From positions 26,614-71,172 of the forward strand of contig JAYOTF010000015.1 in assembly GCA_038150265.1 (NCBI GenBank): a DNA stretch of 44,559 bases, written 5' to 3'. The notes under the pieces were generated by a model. It was not told the DNA's origin. It ran no database searches and saw only the letters and a program-made list of their open reading frames with translations. Of this stretch, positions 20,521-29,188 are shown piece after piece. The DNA comes from Deltaproteobacteria bacterium (GTDB lineage: Bacteria; SAR324; NAC60-12). Position 1 is the first letter of the stretch; each line of letters opens with the position of its first letter. Both the position numbers and the translations under genes were made by a program.

Positions 20521-20768
20521 AGTTTGAAGAAGTCTCCTCCCCGGTGGTGATCACGATTGAGCTCAGCGTTGAGGACGCGCCGCTGCTGTACTGGTCGGAG
20601 GCTCGCAAGAACTGGTCTCTGGAGCTGAGCCACGCCAGCCGCTATGGGAGTCTGGATGAAGCCCAGGCCGTTGCCGATGACCTGGATCCGCGCTTCCCGG
20701 AAGGCGTGTCCGGAGTCGTCCGCCTCCAGGTCCTCAACGAGTTGGCCGGGTCCGAAACCGGGAAGTAA
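20517..20768 (+). CDS. Hypothetical protein (83 aa)
   Basis: The ATG at 20517 overlaps the upstream stop (ATGA); soluble, acidic, natural-looking sequence MKFEEVSSPVVITIEL... Confidence 0.6.
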   Translation: MKFEEVSSPVVITIELSVEDAPLLYWSEARKNWSLELSHASRYGSLDEAQAVADDLDPRFPEGVSGVVRLQVLNELAGSETGK

Positions 20769-20776
20769 AAAAAGCA

Positions 20777-20805
20777 TTGACAACTGGTTCTTCACGGAAC
20801 ATAAT
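20777..20805 (+). promoter_or_regulatory. Sigma70 promoter of the tRNA/rpmG-secE-nusG cluster
   Basis: TTGACA (20777-20782), 17-nt spacer, CATAAT (20800-20805); an A-tract upstream resembles an UP element. Confidence 0.85.
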
Positions 20806-20821
20806 TCCTGTTTGCACTGCC

Positions 20822-20897
20822 GCTGGCATAGCTCAATTGGTAGAGCAGCTGATTTGTAATCAGCAGGTTATGGGTTCGAGTCCCCTTGCCAGCTCCA
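20822..20897 (+). tRNA. tRNA-Thr(TGT)
   Basis: Cloverleaf with acceptor stem GCTGGCA/TGCCAGC, anticodon arm GCTGA-TTTGTAA-TCAGC, GGTTCGAG T-loop and encoded CCA. Confidence 0.97.
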
Positions 20898-20909
20898 CGC
20901 CATTCAGCT

Positions 20910-20994
20910 GGGGAGATACCCAAGCGGTCAACGGGATCAGACTGTAAATCTGACGGCTCAGCCTTCGAAGGTTCGAATCCTTCTCTCCCCACCA
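20910..20994 (+). tRNA. tRNA-Tyr(GTA)
   Basis: Acceptor stem GGGGAGA/TCTCCCC, anticodon arm TCAGA-CTGTAAA-TCTGA, long variable arm and CCA. Confidence 0.97.
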
Positions 20995-21026
20995 CGCCGC
21001 GGCAAACGTGCATTCCGGTTTAACCG

Positions 21027-21101
21027 GCCTTGGTAGCTCAGTGGTAGAGCGTTTCCTTGGTAAGGAAAAGGTCGGCGGTTCAATCCCGCTCCAAGGCTCC
21101 A
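21027..21101 (+). tRNA. tRNA-Thr(GGT)
   Basis: Acceptor stem GCCTTGG/CCAAGGC, anticodon arm TTTCC-TTGGTAA-GGAAA and CCA. Confidence 0.97.
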
Positions 21102-21123
21102 CGAACGTCCTGACAAAGGCAGC

Positions 21124-21273
21124 ATGAGAGAAACGATCCACTTGGAATGTACCGAGTGCAAACGGCGCAACTACGTGGCTTCTCGTAACAAGAAACTCAA
21201 GCCCAACCGGATGGAAATCCGGAAGTACTGCAAGTGGGATCGCAAGCACACGACCCACAAGGAAACCAAGTAG
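21124..21273 (+). CDS. rpmG: 50S ribosomal protein L33 (below the ORF-track length cutoff)
   Basis: Hand translation gives [49 protein letters not shown]. Confidence 0.96.
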   Translation: MRETIHLECTECKRRNYVASRNKKLKPNRMEIRKYCKWDRKHTTHKETK

Positions 21274-21316
21274 GTCGTCCTGACGCGGCACTTCGGTGGA
21301 AGTCCGACAGAATTGT

Positions 21317-21392
21317 AGGGCAGTAGCTCAGCTGGTAGAGCATCGGTCTCCAAAACCGAAGGTCGCAGGTTCGAACCCTGTCTGCCCTGCCA
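21317..21392 (+). tRNA. tRNA-Trp(CCA)
   Basis: Acceptor stem AGGGCAG/CTGCCCT, anticodon arm TCGGT-CTCCAAA-ACCGA and CCA; canonical position before secE. Confidence 0.97.
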
Positions 21393-21473
21393 TTCGGTAC
21401 CTTCATCCGGCAGCACCTTCCTGAGACCTTCACCCAGGCGTTTGCGACGCCCTCGACACCCCTTAGGCAAGTC

Positions 21474-21665
21474 ATGTTCAAGCGAGTCCAGCAATTTTAC
21501 GAGGACGTGCGGTCCGAGTTCAAGCGGGTCCACTGGCCCAGCCGTGAGACCACTCTGAAGTCCACCTCTGTGGTCCTGGGCGTCTCCCTGGTGCTAGCGG
21601 TTTACTTGGGCATTGCGGACCTGGGGCTGTCCAATGTGATGAAAATCCTGATCTCCGGACAATAA
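21474..21665 (+). CDS. secE: Preprotein translocase SecE
   Basis: FYEDVRSEFKRVHWP followed by one TM helix; lies between tRNA-Trp and nusG. Confidence 0.95.
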   Translation: MFKRVQQFYEDVRSEFKRVHWPSRETTLKSTSVVLGVSLVLAVYLGIADLGLSNVMKILISGQ

Positions 21666-21670
21666 ACAGA

Positions 21671-22279
21671 ATGACGGTCCCCGAAGAAGAATTGGAAGAA
21701 ACTCCCACGCCGCCGCCTGCTGCTCCGACCCCGCCTGCGAATCCAAACGCCAAGTGGTACATCCTGCAGGCCTTTGCCGGATACGAGACCCGGGTCGAGA
21801 AGACCATCCGCGAAAAGCTCCGGATCAAGGAAATGGAGCACCTCGTTGAGGAAATCTTCATTCCTGCAGAAGATGTGGTCCGGACCAAAGGAGGCAAGCA
21901 GCGCAAGGTCAACCAGAAGTACTTCCCGGGATACGTGCTCATCAACATGGAGCTGACTCCGGACCTGTGGCACCTGCTCATGGGCGTTGACCGGGTGTCG
22001 GGCTTTGTCGGAGGCACCCAGAAGGACCCGTTGCCGCTCGATGAAGAGGAGCTGCTCGCCATTCGTCAGCAGATCAGCGAAGGCTTCCAGCAGACCACCG
22101 AGAGTGAAGAGTTCACGGTGGGACAGAAGATTCAGATTACCGATGGCCCGTTCAGCAACTTCAACGGCGTCATTGATGAAATCAACACGGAGCGGAGCAA
22201 GCTGAAGGTGCTGGTGAGCATCTTCGGACGACCCACCCCGGTAGAAGTCGAGTTCGATAAGGTCAAGCACATTTCCTAA
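21671..22279 (+). CDS. nusG: Transcription factor NusG
   Basis: KWYILQAFAGYE, FPGYVL and KOW motif DGPFSNFNG...VSIFGRPTPVE; has a Pro/Glu-rich N-terminal extension. Confidence 0.97.
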   Translation: MTVPEEELEETPTPPPAAPTPPANPNAKWYILQAFAGYETRVEKTIREKLRIKEMEHLVEEIFIPAEDVVRTKGGKQRKVNQKYFPGYVLINMELTPDLWHLLMGVDRVSGFVGGTQKDPLPLDEEELLAIRQQISEGFQQTTESEEFTVGQKIQITDGPFSNFNGVIDEINTERSKLKVLVSIFGRPTPVEVEFDKVKHIS

Positions 22280-22291
22280 CAGCAAGGCACC

Positions 22292-22714
22292 ATGGCAAAA
22301 GAAGCATCCGCGTTCATCAAACTCCAAGTCCCGGCCGGGAAAGCGAATCCATCTCCGCCCATCGGACCTGCTCTGGGTCAGCATGGCGTCAACATCATGG
22401 AATTCTGCAAGGCCTTCAATGCCCGGACCCAGGGCATGGATACGATCATTCCCGTGGTCATCACGGTCTACAAGGATCGCTCCTTTGACTTCATCCTCAA
22501 GACTCCGCCAGTGCCGATCCTCATCAAGGAAGCGCTGAAGCTGGACAAGGGGTCGGCGACCCCGAACACCAACAAGGTCGGAACCCTGACCCTGGCTCAG
22601 GTGGAGGAAATCGCCAAAAAGAAAATGCCGGACCTCAACTGCTACTCCCTGGAAGCGGCGATGAATACCGTCAAGGGAACTGCAGAGAGCATGGGCATTG
22701 AGATTGCTGCTTAA
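22292..22714 (+). CDS. rplK: 50S ribosomal protein L11
   Basis: [34 protein letters not shown]. Confidence 0.99.
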   Translation: MAKEASAFIKLQVPAGKANPSPPIGPALGQHGVNIMEFCKAFNARTQGMDTIIPVVITVYKDRSFDFILKTPPVPILIKEALKLDKGSATPNTNKVGTLTLAQVEEIAKKKMPDLNCYSLEAAMNTVKGTAESMGIEIAA

Positions 22715-22731
22715 CTTCCAATCGATCTGTC

Positions 22732-23424
22732 ATGAAAAAAGTCACTAAGCGCGGGAGACTCATCCAGGAAAAGGTAGACCGCAACCGAAATTACGACCTC
22801 AACGAAGCCCTGCAGGTGCTCAAAGAGGTCAAGGCCACCAAGTTTGATGAAACGGTGGAAGTCGCCCTCCGCCTGGGCGTTGACCCCCGAAAAGCCGACC
22901 AGATGGTCCGAGGCACCTGCGCCCTGCCGCATGGACTTGGAAAAGAAGTCCGCGTGCTCGTCTTTGCCAAAGGCGAAAAGGTGAAGGAAGCAGAAGAAGC
23001 CGGCGCCGATTACGTGGGTGGCGAAGAGCTGGCCAAGCAGATTCAGGAAGGCTGGATGGAGTTTGAGCGCGTTGTCGCCACTCCGGACATGATGGCGATC
23101 GTGGGACGGATCGGAAAGATCCTGGGCCCCCGAGGCCTGATGCCCAACCCGAAAGTCGGAACCGTCACCTTTGACGTCGGACCGGTGGTTCAGTCCATCA
23201 AGGCCGGACAGGTGGAGTTCCGAGTCGACAAAGTCGGCAACATGCATGCGCCAGTGGGCAAGCTTTCCTTTGAGCCGGAGAAGCTGCGCGAAAACGTCGT
23301 TGCCTTTGTCGATGCCGTCAACCGCCTCAAGCCGTCCACGTCCAAGGGCGTGTACATGCGTAACTGCAGCATCAGCTCCACCATGGGGCCTGGCTTGCAC
23401 GTCGACCTGCAAACGGTCCGCTGA
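22732..23424 (+). CDS. rplA: 50S ribosomal protein L1
   Basis: [30 protein letters not shown] and SSTMGPG. Confidence 0.99.
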   Translation: MKKVTKRGRLIQEKVDRNRNYDLNEALQVLKEVKATKFDETVEVALRLGVDPRKADQMVRGTCALPHGLGKEVRVLVFAKGEKVKEAEEAGADYVGGEELAKQIQEGWMEFERVVATPDMMAIVGRIGKILGPRGLMPNPKVGTVTFDVGPVVQSIKAGQVEFRVDKVGNMHAPVGKLSFEPEKLRENVVAFVDAVNRLKPSTSKGVYMRNCSISSTMGPGLHVDLQTVR

Positions 23425-23454
23425 GCCACTCATTTCTTTTTCGTTAGGCTGATT

Positions 23455-23507
23455 GTCGAAGACCGTAGGGGCCTGAGGGCATAATCGCACTGCGACCCTA
23501 CCGAGAC
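23455..23507 (+). promoter_or_regulatory. Ribosomal protein L10 leader (autoregulatory RNA core)
   Basis: GTCGAAGACCGTAGG...TAAT...CCTACCGAGAC in the rplA-rplJ intergenic region matches the L10-leader core. Confidence 0.8.
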
Positions 23508-23627
23508 CGCGTGCCTGCGAACCTTACCGTTCGCTCCCCTCGCCTTCTCTCTCCCTTCGTCCTCAGCTCCAATCGGGTTCCGGGTTCCGTGACCCCTGTT
23601 CTGTCTAACCCTGCTGGAGAGTCCGAA

Positions 23628-24155
23628 ATGGACCGTTCCCAAAAGGAGCAATTCCTCGAAGAACTGCGAGGTATTTTCAGCACTTCAACGAGCGGCGTCC
23701 TCGTCGACTACCAAGGCATGAGTGCTGCGGAAGTCGTGGAGCTGCGCCAGAAGTTGTATGAGGTTTCGTCCTCAATGAAAGTGCTGAAGAATACGCTGGC
23801 TCGCTTGGCAGCTGAAGACACCGCCTTTGCTGAACTGTCCAATCAGTTTGTCCAGACCCGGGCCCTGATTTACAGTGACACTGACCCGGTGGGTCAGGCA
23901 AAAGTGGTGGCTGAATTTGCCAAAACCCACAGCAAGTTACAGGTTCTCGCCGGTCTGTTGGCCGATGAAAACAAAGTTTCGGTCTTGTCTGACACGGAAG
24001 TGGAAGCCCTGAGCAAGCTGCCTTCGAAAGAAGAGCTGCTGGTCCAGCTGCTCTTCCTCATGCAGGCACCGGCTACTCAGTTCGTCCGGACCCTCAACGA
24101 AGTTCCGGCGAAGTTTGTACGTGTCCTTTCTGCCATCGCTGAAAGCAAAAACTAA
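23628..24155 (+). CDS. rplJ: 50S ribosomal protein L10
   Basis: VDYQGM, KVLKNTLARLA and LSKLPSKEELL; ATG at 23628 after GGAGAG. Confidence 0.96.
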   Translation: MDRSQKEQFLEELRGIFSTSTSGVLVDYQGMSAAEVVELRQKLYEVSSSMKVLKNTLARLAAEDTAFAELSNQFVQTRALIYSDTDPVGQAKVVAEFAKTHSKLQVLAGLLADENKVSVLSDTEVEALSKLPSKEELLVQLLFLMQAPATQFVRTLNEVPAKFVRVLSAIAESKN

Positions 24156-24176
24156 CCCCTTACCTCAGAACCGATC

Positions 24177-24554
24177 ATGTCGATCACGAAAGACCAAGTT
24201 ATTGAGTTCATCTCCAACATGTCTGTCTTGGAACTCTCCGAGATGGTCAAGGAACTGGAAGAGAAATTCGGCGTGAGTGCTGCTGCTGCGGTGGCTGCTG
24301 CTCCGGCTGCTGCAGGGGCTGCTCCGGCTGCTGCAGAAGAGAAGACCGAGTTCGACGTTGTCCTGACTGACGCAGGTGACAAGAAGATCAACGTCATCAA
24401 GGAAGTCCGGACCATCACCGGACTGGGCCTCAAGGAAGCCAAGGAGTTCGTTGAGTCTGCACCGAAGACAGTGAAGGAAGGCATCTCCAAGGAAGAAGCC
24501 GAAGAGATGAAGAAGAAGCTCGAAGAAGCGGGCGCCAAAGTCGAGATCAAGTAA
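24177..24554 (+). CDS. rplL: 50S ribosomal protein L7/L12
   Basis: [19 protein letters not shown] and [20 protein letters not shown]. Confidence 0.99.
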   Translation: MSITKDQVIEFISNMSVLELSEMVKELEEKFGVSAAAAVAAAPAAAGAAPAAAEEKTEFDVVLTDAGDKKINVIKEVRTITGLGLKEAKEFVESAPKTVKEGISKEEAEEMKKKLEEAGAKVEIK

Positions 24555-24564
24555 TTGCCCTCGC

Positions 24565-24588
24565 AGGAGGCTCCTCCCGGAGCCTCCT
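24565..24588. terminator. Terminator hairpin after rplL
   Basis: AGGAGGCTCC-TCCC-GGAGCCTCCT is a perfect 10-bp stem between convergent genes. Confidence 0.75.
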
Positions 24589-24644
24589 TATCGCAACCCT
24601 CTGGTTGCCTCCCTTTCCCCAAGACCTCTCCTTCAATTTCCCCA

Positions 24645-26282
24645 TCACTCACGCTGAGGACTGGACATCGGCTCCGGACGGTAGTGCCGCAGCAGGTAGT
24701 GCAGCGCCTGCCCCAGGGCCTGGCGGCTGTGACCCGGCATCACCAGCTTTGAAACGGAACCCAGGCGCAGGGCCTCTTCCGGATTGAGCAATTCTCGTTC
24801 GTAGCGGCTTGTCAGCTCAGCCAGGGCTCGGTCCCGAATCGCCGCGGCTTCGGCTTCCGGTGTGTTGGCTCGGAGGGCTTTCTGATAAGCGTTGAGGATC
24901 TCCCGGTACTCGTCCTTGTAGATGAACTGCCGCCCCGCAGGACCCATCACGGCAATCCGGGCGCTGGGCAGCGCAAAGACAAAGTCCGCGCCGATGTGGT
25001 AGCTGTTCCAGGCACAGTACGCGCCCCCGAAGGCGTTCCGGACAATCAGGGTCAGGCGCGGGACCCGCAGGTCGACAATGGCATCGAGCAACTCCCGTCC
25101 TGCCTGAACGATTCCCGCCCGCTCCTGTTCGGATCCGGGGGCATAGCCACTGACGTCTTCAAGGAAGATGACGGGGATGTTGTAGAGGTTGCAGAAGCGG
25201 ATGAATTTGGCCCCCTTGCGGGAGGCATTCACGTCAATGTTTCCAGAATTGAAGGCGCTGTTGTTGGCAATGAAGCCACACACCTGCCCGCCCATGCGCC
25301 CAAAGGCGGTGATGATCTGACGCGCCCGGACGGGCTGGAGCTCAAAGTAATCGCCATAATCCACCAACTGCTGCAGGAACAGCCGCATGTCAAACGGCGT
25401 GTTGAATCCGGAGGCTGGGTTGGTGAAGGTCTTGTTCAGAAGAATGGCCTCTTCTTCAATGTAGTCGTCCAAAGACACGGACGTGGGACGAACCGGGGCC
25501 AGGGAGTGGTTGTTGTCCGGAAGGTAGCTGAGGAGCCGGAGCGTGAGTCGCAGGGCTCCCAGCTCATCGGGAGCCGTGAGGTCCACCACACCACTTTGAC
25601 TGTGCACCTTCGGGCCTCCGAGGTCATCCGCCGTGATGTCTTCTCCAAGCGCCTGCCGGACCACGTCTGGGCCCGTGAGGCCGAAAAAGGTCTGTTCCGG
25701 CTGAATGACAAACGAGCCCTGTCGCGGAAGGTAGGCGCCTCCGCCGGCATTGTAGCCAAACATGAGCATGATGGACGGAACCACCCCGCTGATCTTGCGC
25801 ATGGCGCTGAAGGCTTCGGAGTAGCCATCAAGGCCCCCCACTCCAGCAGGAACAAACGCGCCGGCGGAGTCGTTGATGCCAATGAGGGGAATGCCGTGTT
25901 CTCCTGCCATGAGGATCTGGCGAGCCAGCTTGCCGCCATTGGTCGCGTCCATGGAGCCGGCCCGGACGGTGAAGTCGTGTCCATACAGCGCCACATCGCG
26001 TCCGGCGATGTTGAGGATGCCGGTGACGATGCCGGCCCCATCAAGGTGAGGGCCCCAGTTCTGGAAGGTGATGTGCGGCTCTGCTTCAGTCAGCACCCGG
26101 ATCCGCTCCCAGACGGTCATGCGCTCCTTGATGTGCTGCACCCGAACCCGTGCGGGGCCTCCTCCGTTCCGCGGCTTCTCCAGCAGTTCCTCTGCCCGGG
26201 CAATCATCTCCTCATATCGGTTGGGTTGCGAGGAGGCCTCAGCGGACCGGTCAAAGGGATTGTCTAACGTAGGGGCTTTCAT
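24645..26282 (-). CDS. Acyl-CoA carboxylase carboxyltransferase (beta) subunit
   Basis: [46 protein letters not shown] and AVMGP; start inferred at [10 protein letters not shown]. Confidence 0.9.
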   Translation of the reverse strand: MKAPTLDNPFDRSAEASSQPNRYEEMIARAEELLEKPRNGGGPARVRVQHIKERMTVWERIRVLTEAEPHITFQNWGPHLDGAGIVTGILNIAGRDVALYGHDFTVRAGSMDATNGGKLARQILMAGEHGIPLIGINDSAGAFVPAGVGGLDGYSEAFSAMRKISGVVPSIMLMFGYNAGGGAYLPRQGSFVIQPEQTFFGLTGPDVVRQALGEDITADDLGGPKVHSQSGVVDLTAPDELGALRLTLRLLSYLPDNNHSLAPVRPTSVSLDDYIEEEAILLNKTFTNPASGFNTPFDMRLFLQQLVDYGDYFELQPVRARQIITAFGRMGGQVCGFIANNSAFNSGNIDVNASRKGAKFIRFCNLYNIPVIFLEDVSGYAPGSEQERAGIVQAGRELLDAIVDLRVPRLTLIVRNAFGGAYCAWNSYHIGADFVFALPSARIAVMGPAGRQFIYKDEYREILNAYQKALRANTPEAEAAAIRDRALAELTSRYERELLNPEEALRLGSVSKLVMPGHSRQALGQALHYLLRHYRPEPMSSPQRE

Positions 26283-26390
26283 GCAGATTGTCCAAAAGGA
26301 GGTCGGGAAGGAGGAAACGCACAGCTTCCGGTATTTGCGGAAGCCGAGTTTACGGCGTGTCGCCAGTGGGGGCAAGCTAAAGGCGCAGGC

Positions 26391-27641
26391 TCAGCCGCTG
26401 ATGAGTTGGTTCATCGAGAGCATGGGCAGCAGCACGGCCAGGGCAATGAACCCCACCACGCCTCCCATCAGTAAAATGAGCGCCGGCTGCAACAGGGACG
26501 TCAGCGATTCCATCAATCCGGAGACCTCGTCCTGCATCCGGTTGGAGACCCGTTCCAGCAGCTCATCCACGCGAGCCGCCTCTTCTCCAATCGCAACCAC
26601 ATGCCGGACGTATTCCGGAAAGTACTCGATCCGTCCCATTGCAGAAGAGAGCGGAATGCCCTTGTTGTTCACATCGACAATGAGCTGGTCGAGCTTCTCG
26701 ACAAAAAAGCGATTGTCCACCACATGCTTGGAAATCTCCAACGCCGTCTTGAGGTCAATTCCGGAGTGCAGGAGCAGCCCAAGCGTCTGGCTGAAGCGCG
26801 CGACCATCACCTTGATCCGAAGCGTTTTCAGCCCCGGAAGATTCAGCTCCAGGTAGTCCCGCCAGCGGCGTCCGACCGGACTGCGCCAGAAGGACAGGGC
26901 TCCGGTCAGTGCCCCCAACACCAGTAGCAGGAGCAACAGCCCATTGTGAGAGACAAAGTCGCTCAGGCCCATGAGCAGGCGAGTCGGAAGGGGCAGAGCA
27001 GCCTGCTGCGACTCAAAGATCTGGGTCACCTTGGGGACCACGGTGGTCACCATGAAGGCGACGACGGCCACCCCAAAGACGGTCATGAAGGCGGGGTAGA
27101 TCAGGGCGGAGCGGAGCTTGGAACGGAGCTGATCCTGCTGCTCATAGTACTCGGAGAGCCGTTTCATGATCACTCCGAGCGACCCGCCATTTTCCCCCGA
27201 CCGCACCATGCTGATGTACATGCCGGGAAAGGCCTCCGGATGCTCCCCCATGGCATCGGCAAGCGACTGCCCCTCCACCACCCGGCTCCGGATGTCTGAG
27301 AGGATGCTCTGAAATTTGGGATTTTCCGTTTGAGGGATGATGAGCTGAAAGGCCCGGTCGTAGGGAATGGTGGCGTCCAGCAGCACCTCCAGCTGCCGGG
27401 TGAAGAGCATCAGCTCTCGGCCAAACCCCGTTTGCAGCTTCGGCAGCTGAAAGCGCTTCCGGCCCTTTGCTCCAGACGGGGCGCTTCGGGTGCCCAGGGT
27501 GAAGCGGCTGGTCCGGATGTCTTTGGGAAACCAGTTCTTGGCGCGAAGCCACTGCTGCACCTCGGCTTCGGAGGAAGCGTCTTGAGAGCCTTTCTGCAGC
27601 CGGCCCTGGTCATCGTAGGCTTGGTAATGAAAAATGGGCAT
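26391..27641 (-). CDS. gspF: Type II secretion / T4P inner-membrane platform protein GspF/PilC
   Basis: MPIFHYQAYD N-terminus; FTRQL, GQSLADAM, GENGGSL, ALIYP and LLPMLSMN. Confidence 0.9.
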   Translation of the reverse strand: MPIFHYQAYDDQGRLQKGSQDASSEAEVQQWLRAKNWFPKDIRTSRFTLGTRSAPSGAKGRKRFQLPKLQTGFGRELMLFTRQLEVLLDATIPYDRAFQLIIPQTENPKFQSILSDIRSRVVEGQSLADAMGEHPEAFPGMYISMVRSGENGGSLGVIMKRLSEYYEQQDQLRSKLRSALIYPAFMTVFGVAVVAFMVTTVVPKVTQIFESQQAALPLPTRLLMGLSDFVSHNGLLLLLLVLGALTGALSFWRSPVGRRWRDYLELNLPGLKTLRIKVMVARFSQTLGLLLHSGIDLKTALEISKHVVDNRFFVEKLDQLIVDVNNKGIPLSSAMGRIEYFPEYVRHVVAIGEEAARVDELLERVSNRMQDEVSGLMESLTSLLQPALILLMGGVVGFIALAVLLPMLSMNQLISG

Positions 27642-27963
27642 AGTGGGGTTTCCGAAAAAGAAGGATTCTGGCAATCGTACTGGATGCCGCCTCCGGACGC
27701 AACACCAGGCAGGGCAATCGCCTGAAACAGCTGGCTGGCAGAATGGGCTGAGTGGTGGGGGTGGACGGCCGCTTGGTGGCATCTCAGCGCAGGCTGGGAC
27801 CCAATCCTTGAGGAGCTTCTCAGGCTTGGTTCAGATCCGCCATCCTCCTCCGGAAGATCCGGGAAAGTGCATTGAAACTTGAGGGAATTGCGCGAAACTA
27901 AGCGCACGTCTGTTTGCCGGCCTCTCCCGATTTTTCTGACCTCCCTGACTGAAAGGTGCGCCC

Positions 27964-29103
27964 ATGAATGCTGTTGACCTCCTTGAAAAGCTGGTCAGTT
28001 TTCCAACGGTTTCCCGTGACTCCAACCTGCCTCTGATTGAGTTTGTGGAAGGCTACCTGGCGGAGCAGGGCGTGAGCACCGTTCGGGTTCCGAATGATTC
28101 TGGCACCAAGGCCAATCTCTATGCGACCATTGGTCCGCAGGTCGAAGGAGGCGTGGTGCTGTCTGGGCACACGGATGTGGTGCCCGTGGAAGGACAGCCC
28201 TGGACGTCGGATCCGTTCAGCTTGACGAAGCGGGGCACCCGCTACTACGGTCGCGGAACCTGTGACATGAAGGCCTTCCTGGCGTTGGCGTTGGCGCTGG
28301 TTCCGGAGATGAAACCGCTGAAGAAGCCCATCCACCTGGCGCTTTCCTATGATGAGGAGATTGGCTGCCTCGGGGCTCCACGGATGATTGAGGAACTCCG
28401 GAGCCAGATTTCCACTCCGCAGGCGGTGATCGTGGGGGAGCCTTCCCTGATGCAGGCGGTGACGGCCCACAAGGGCATTGCCGCGTTCCGGACGACAGTG
28501 ACTGGGCATGAAGCGCATTCGAGCCTGGTGAATCAGGGCGTGAGCGCCGTCATGAATGCCGCCCGGCTCATCAACTGGCTCAGTGAGCGCGGAGAGCGCT
28601 TCCGGAGTGAAACGTCCACCAGCACCGGCTTTGATCCGCATCACACGACGGTGCACGTCGGCACAGTCCGGGGAGGCACGGCCGTGAACATCATCTCCCG
28701 GCACTGTGAGTTTGTCTGGGACGTCCGGACGGTTCCGGAAAACACAGCCCAGGAGGTTCTGGCGGAATTTGAGCAGTACTGCTCCCGCGAGGTCCTCCCG
28801 AAGATGCAAAACATCCACGCCGGCACCAGCATCCGCACCGAGATCCTGGCCGATACGCCTCCACTTCAGGAGGATCCGGATTCTCCGGCAACGCAGCTGG
28901 CCCTTCAGCTGACGGGGCGGACCCACACCTCGCGGGTGGCATATGCGGCAGAAGCGGGGCAGTTCCAGCAAGCGGGCTTTCCGGCCGTCATCTGTGGTCC
29001 GGGCTCCATTGAGCAGGCCCACCAGCCTGATGAGTTCATTGAGGAGGACCAACTGGTTGCCGGAGAGGCGTTTCTGCGTCAGCTGATCACCACCCTTTCC
29101 TGA
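27964..29103 (+). CDS. argE: Acetylornithine deacetylase
   Basis: LSGHTDVVP, GRGTCDMK, SYDEEIGCLG, GEPS, AHSS and CGPGSIEQAHQPDEF. Confidence 0.88.
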   Translation: MNAVDLLEKLVSFPTVSRDSNLPLIEFVEGYLAEQGVSTVRVPNDSGTKANLYATIGPQVEGGVVLSGHTDVVPVEGQPWTSDPFSLTKRGTRYYGRGTCDMKAFLALALALVPEMKPLKKPIHLALSYDEEIGCLGAPRMIEELRSQISTPQAVIVGEPSLMQAVTAHKGIAAFRTTVTGHEAHSSLVNQGVSAVMNAARLINWLSERGERFRSETSTSTGFDPHHTTVHVGTVRGGTAVNIISRHCEFVWDVRTVPENTAQEVLAEFEQYCSREVLPKMQNIHAGTSIRTEILADTPPLQEDPDSPATQLALQLTGRTHTSRVAYAAEAGQFQQAGFPAVICGPGSIEQAHQPDEFIEEDQLVAGEAFLRQLITTLS

Positions 29104-29119
29104 TGGACAGCAGCCGGTC

Positions 29120-29151
29120 TTCACGGTTTGCACACGATTCCTTGCTAAACT
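29120..29151 (+). promoter_or_regulatory. Putative OmpR-family box pair plus extended -10 upstream of the sensor kinase
   Basis: TTCACGGTTTG and CACACGATTCC (11-bp units), then 4 nt, then TAAACT preceded by TG; same geometry as 31328-31381. Confidence 0.5.
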
Positions 29152-29188
29152 GGACCGGTTCCTTGTTTCTTCTCCTCAGGAAAGCACC

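Noticed and set aside
20995..21026. Possible tRNA-Gly remnant between tRNA-Tyr and tRNA-Thr
   Set aside because: Only 32 nt with a small CCGGTT-T-AACCGG hairpin; no tRNA arms are recognisable.
20822..21392. tRNAs as integration sites for an island or prophage
   Set aside because: I saw no integrase, no duplicated tRNA 3' end and no phage genes in the window.
21671..21750. Pro/Glu-rich N-terminal extension of NusG
   Set aside because: Variable low-complexity NusG extensions are common and nothing here points to a special function.
24281..24335. GCT-rich repeats in rplL
   Set aside because: They encode the normal Ala-rich L7/L12 hinge.
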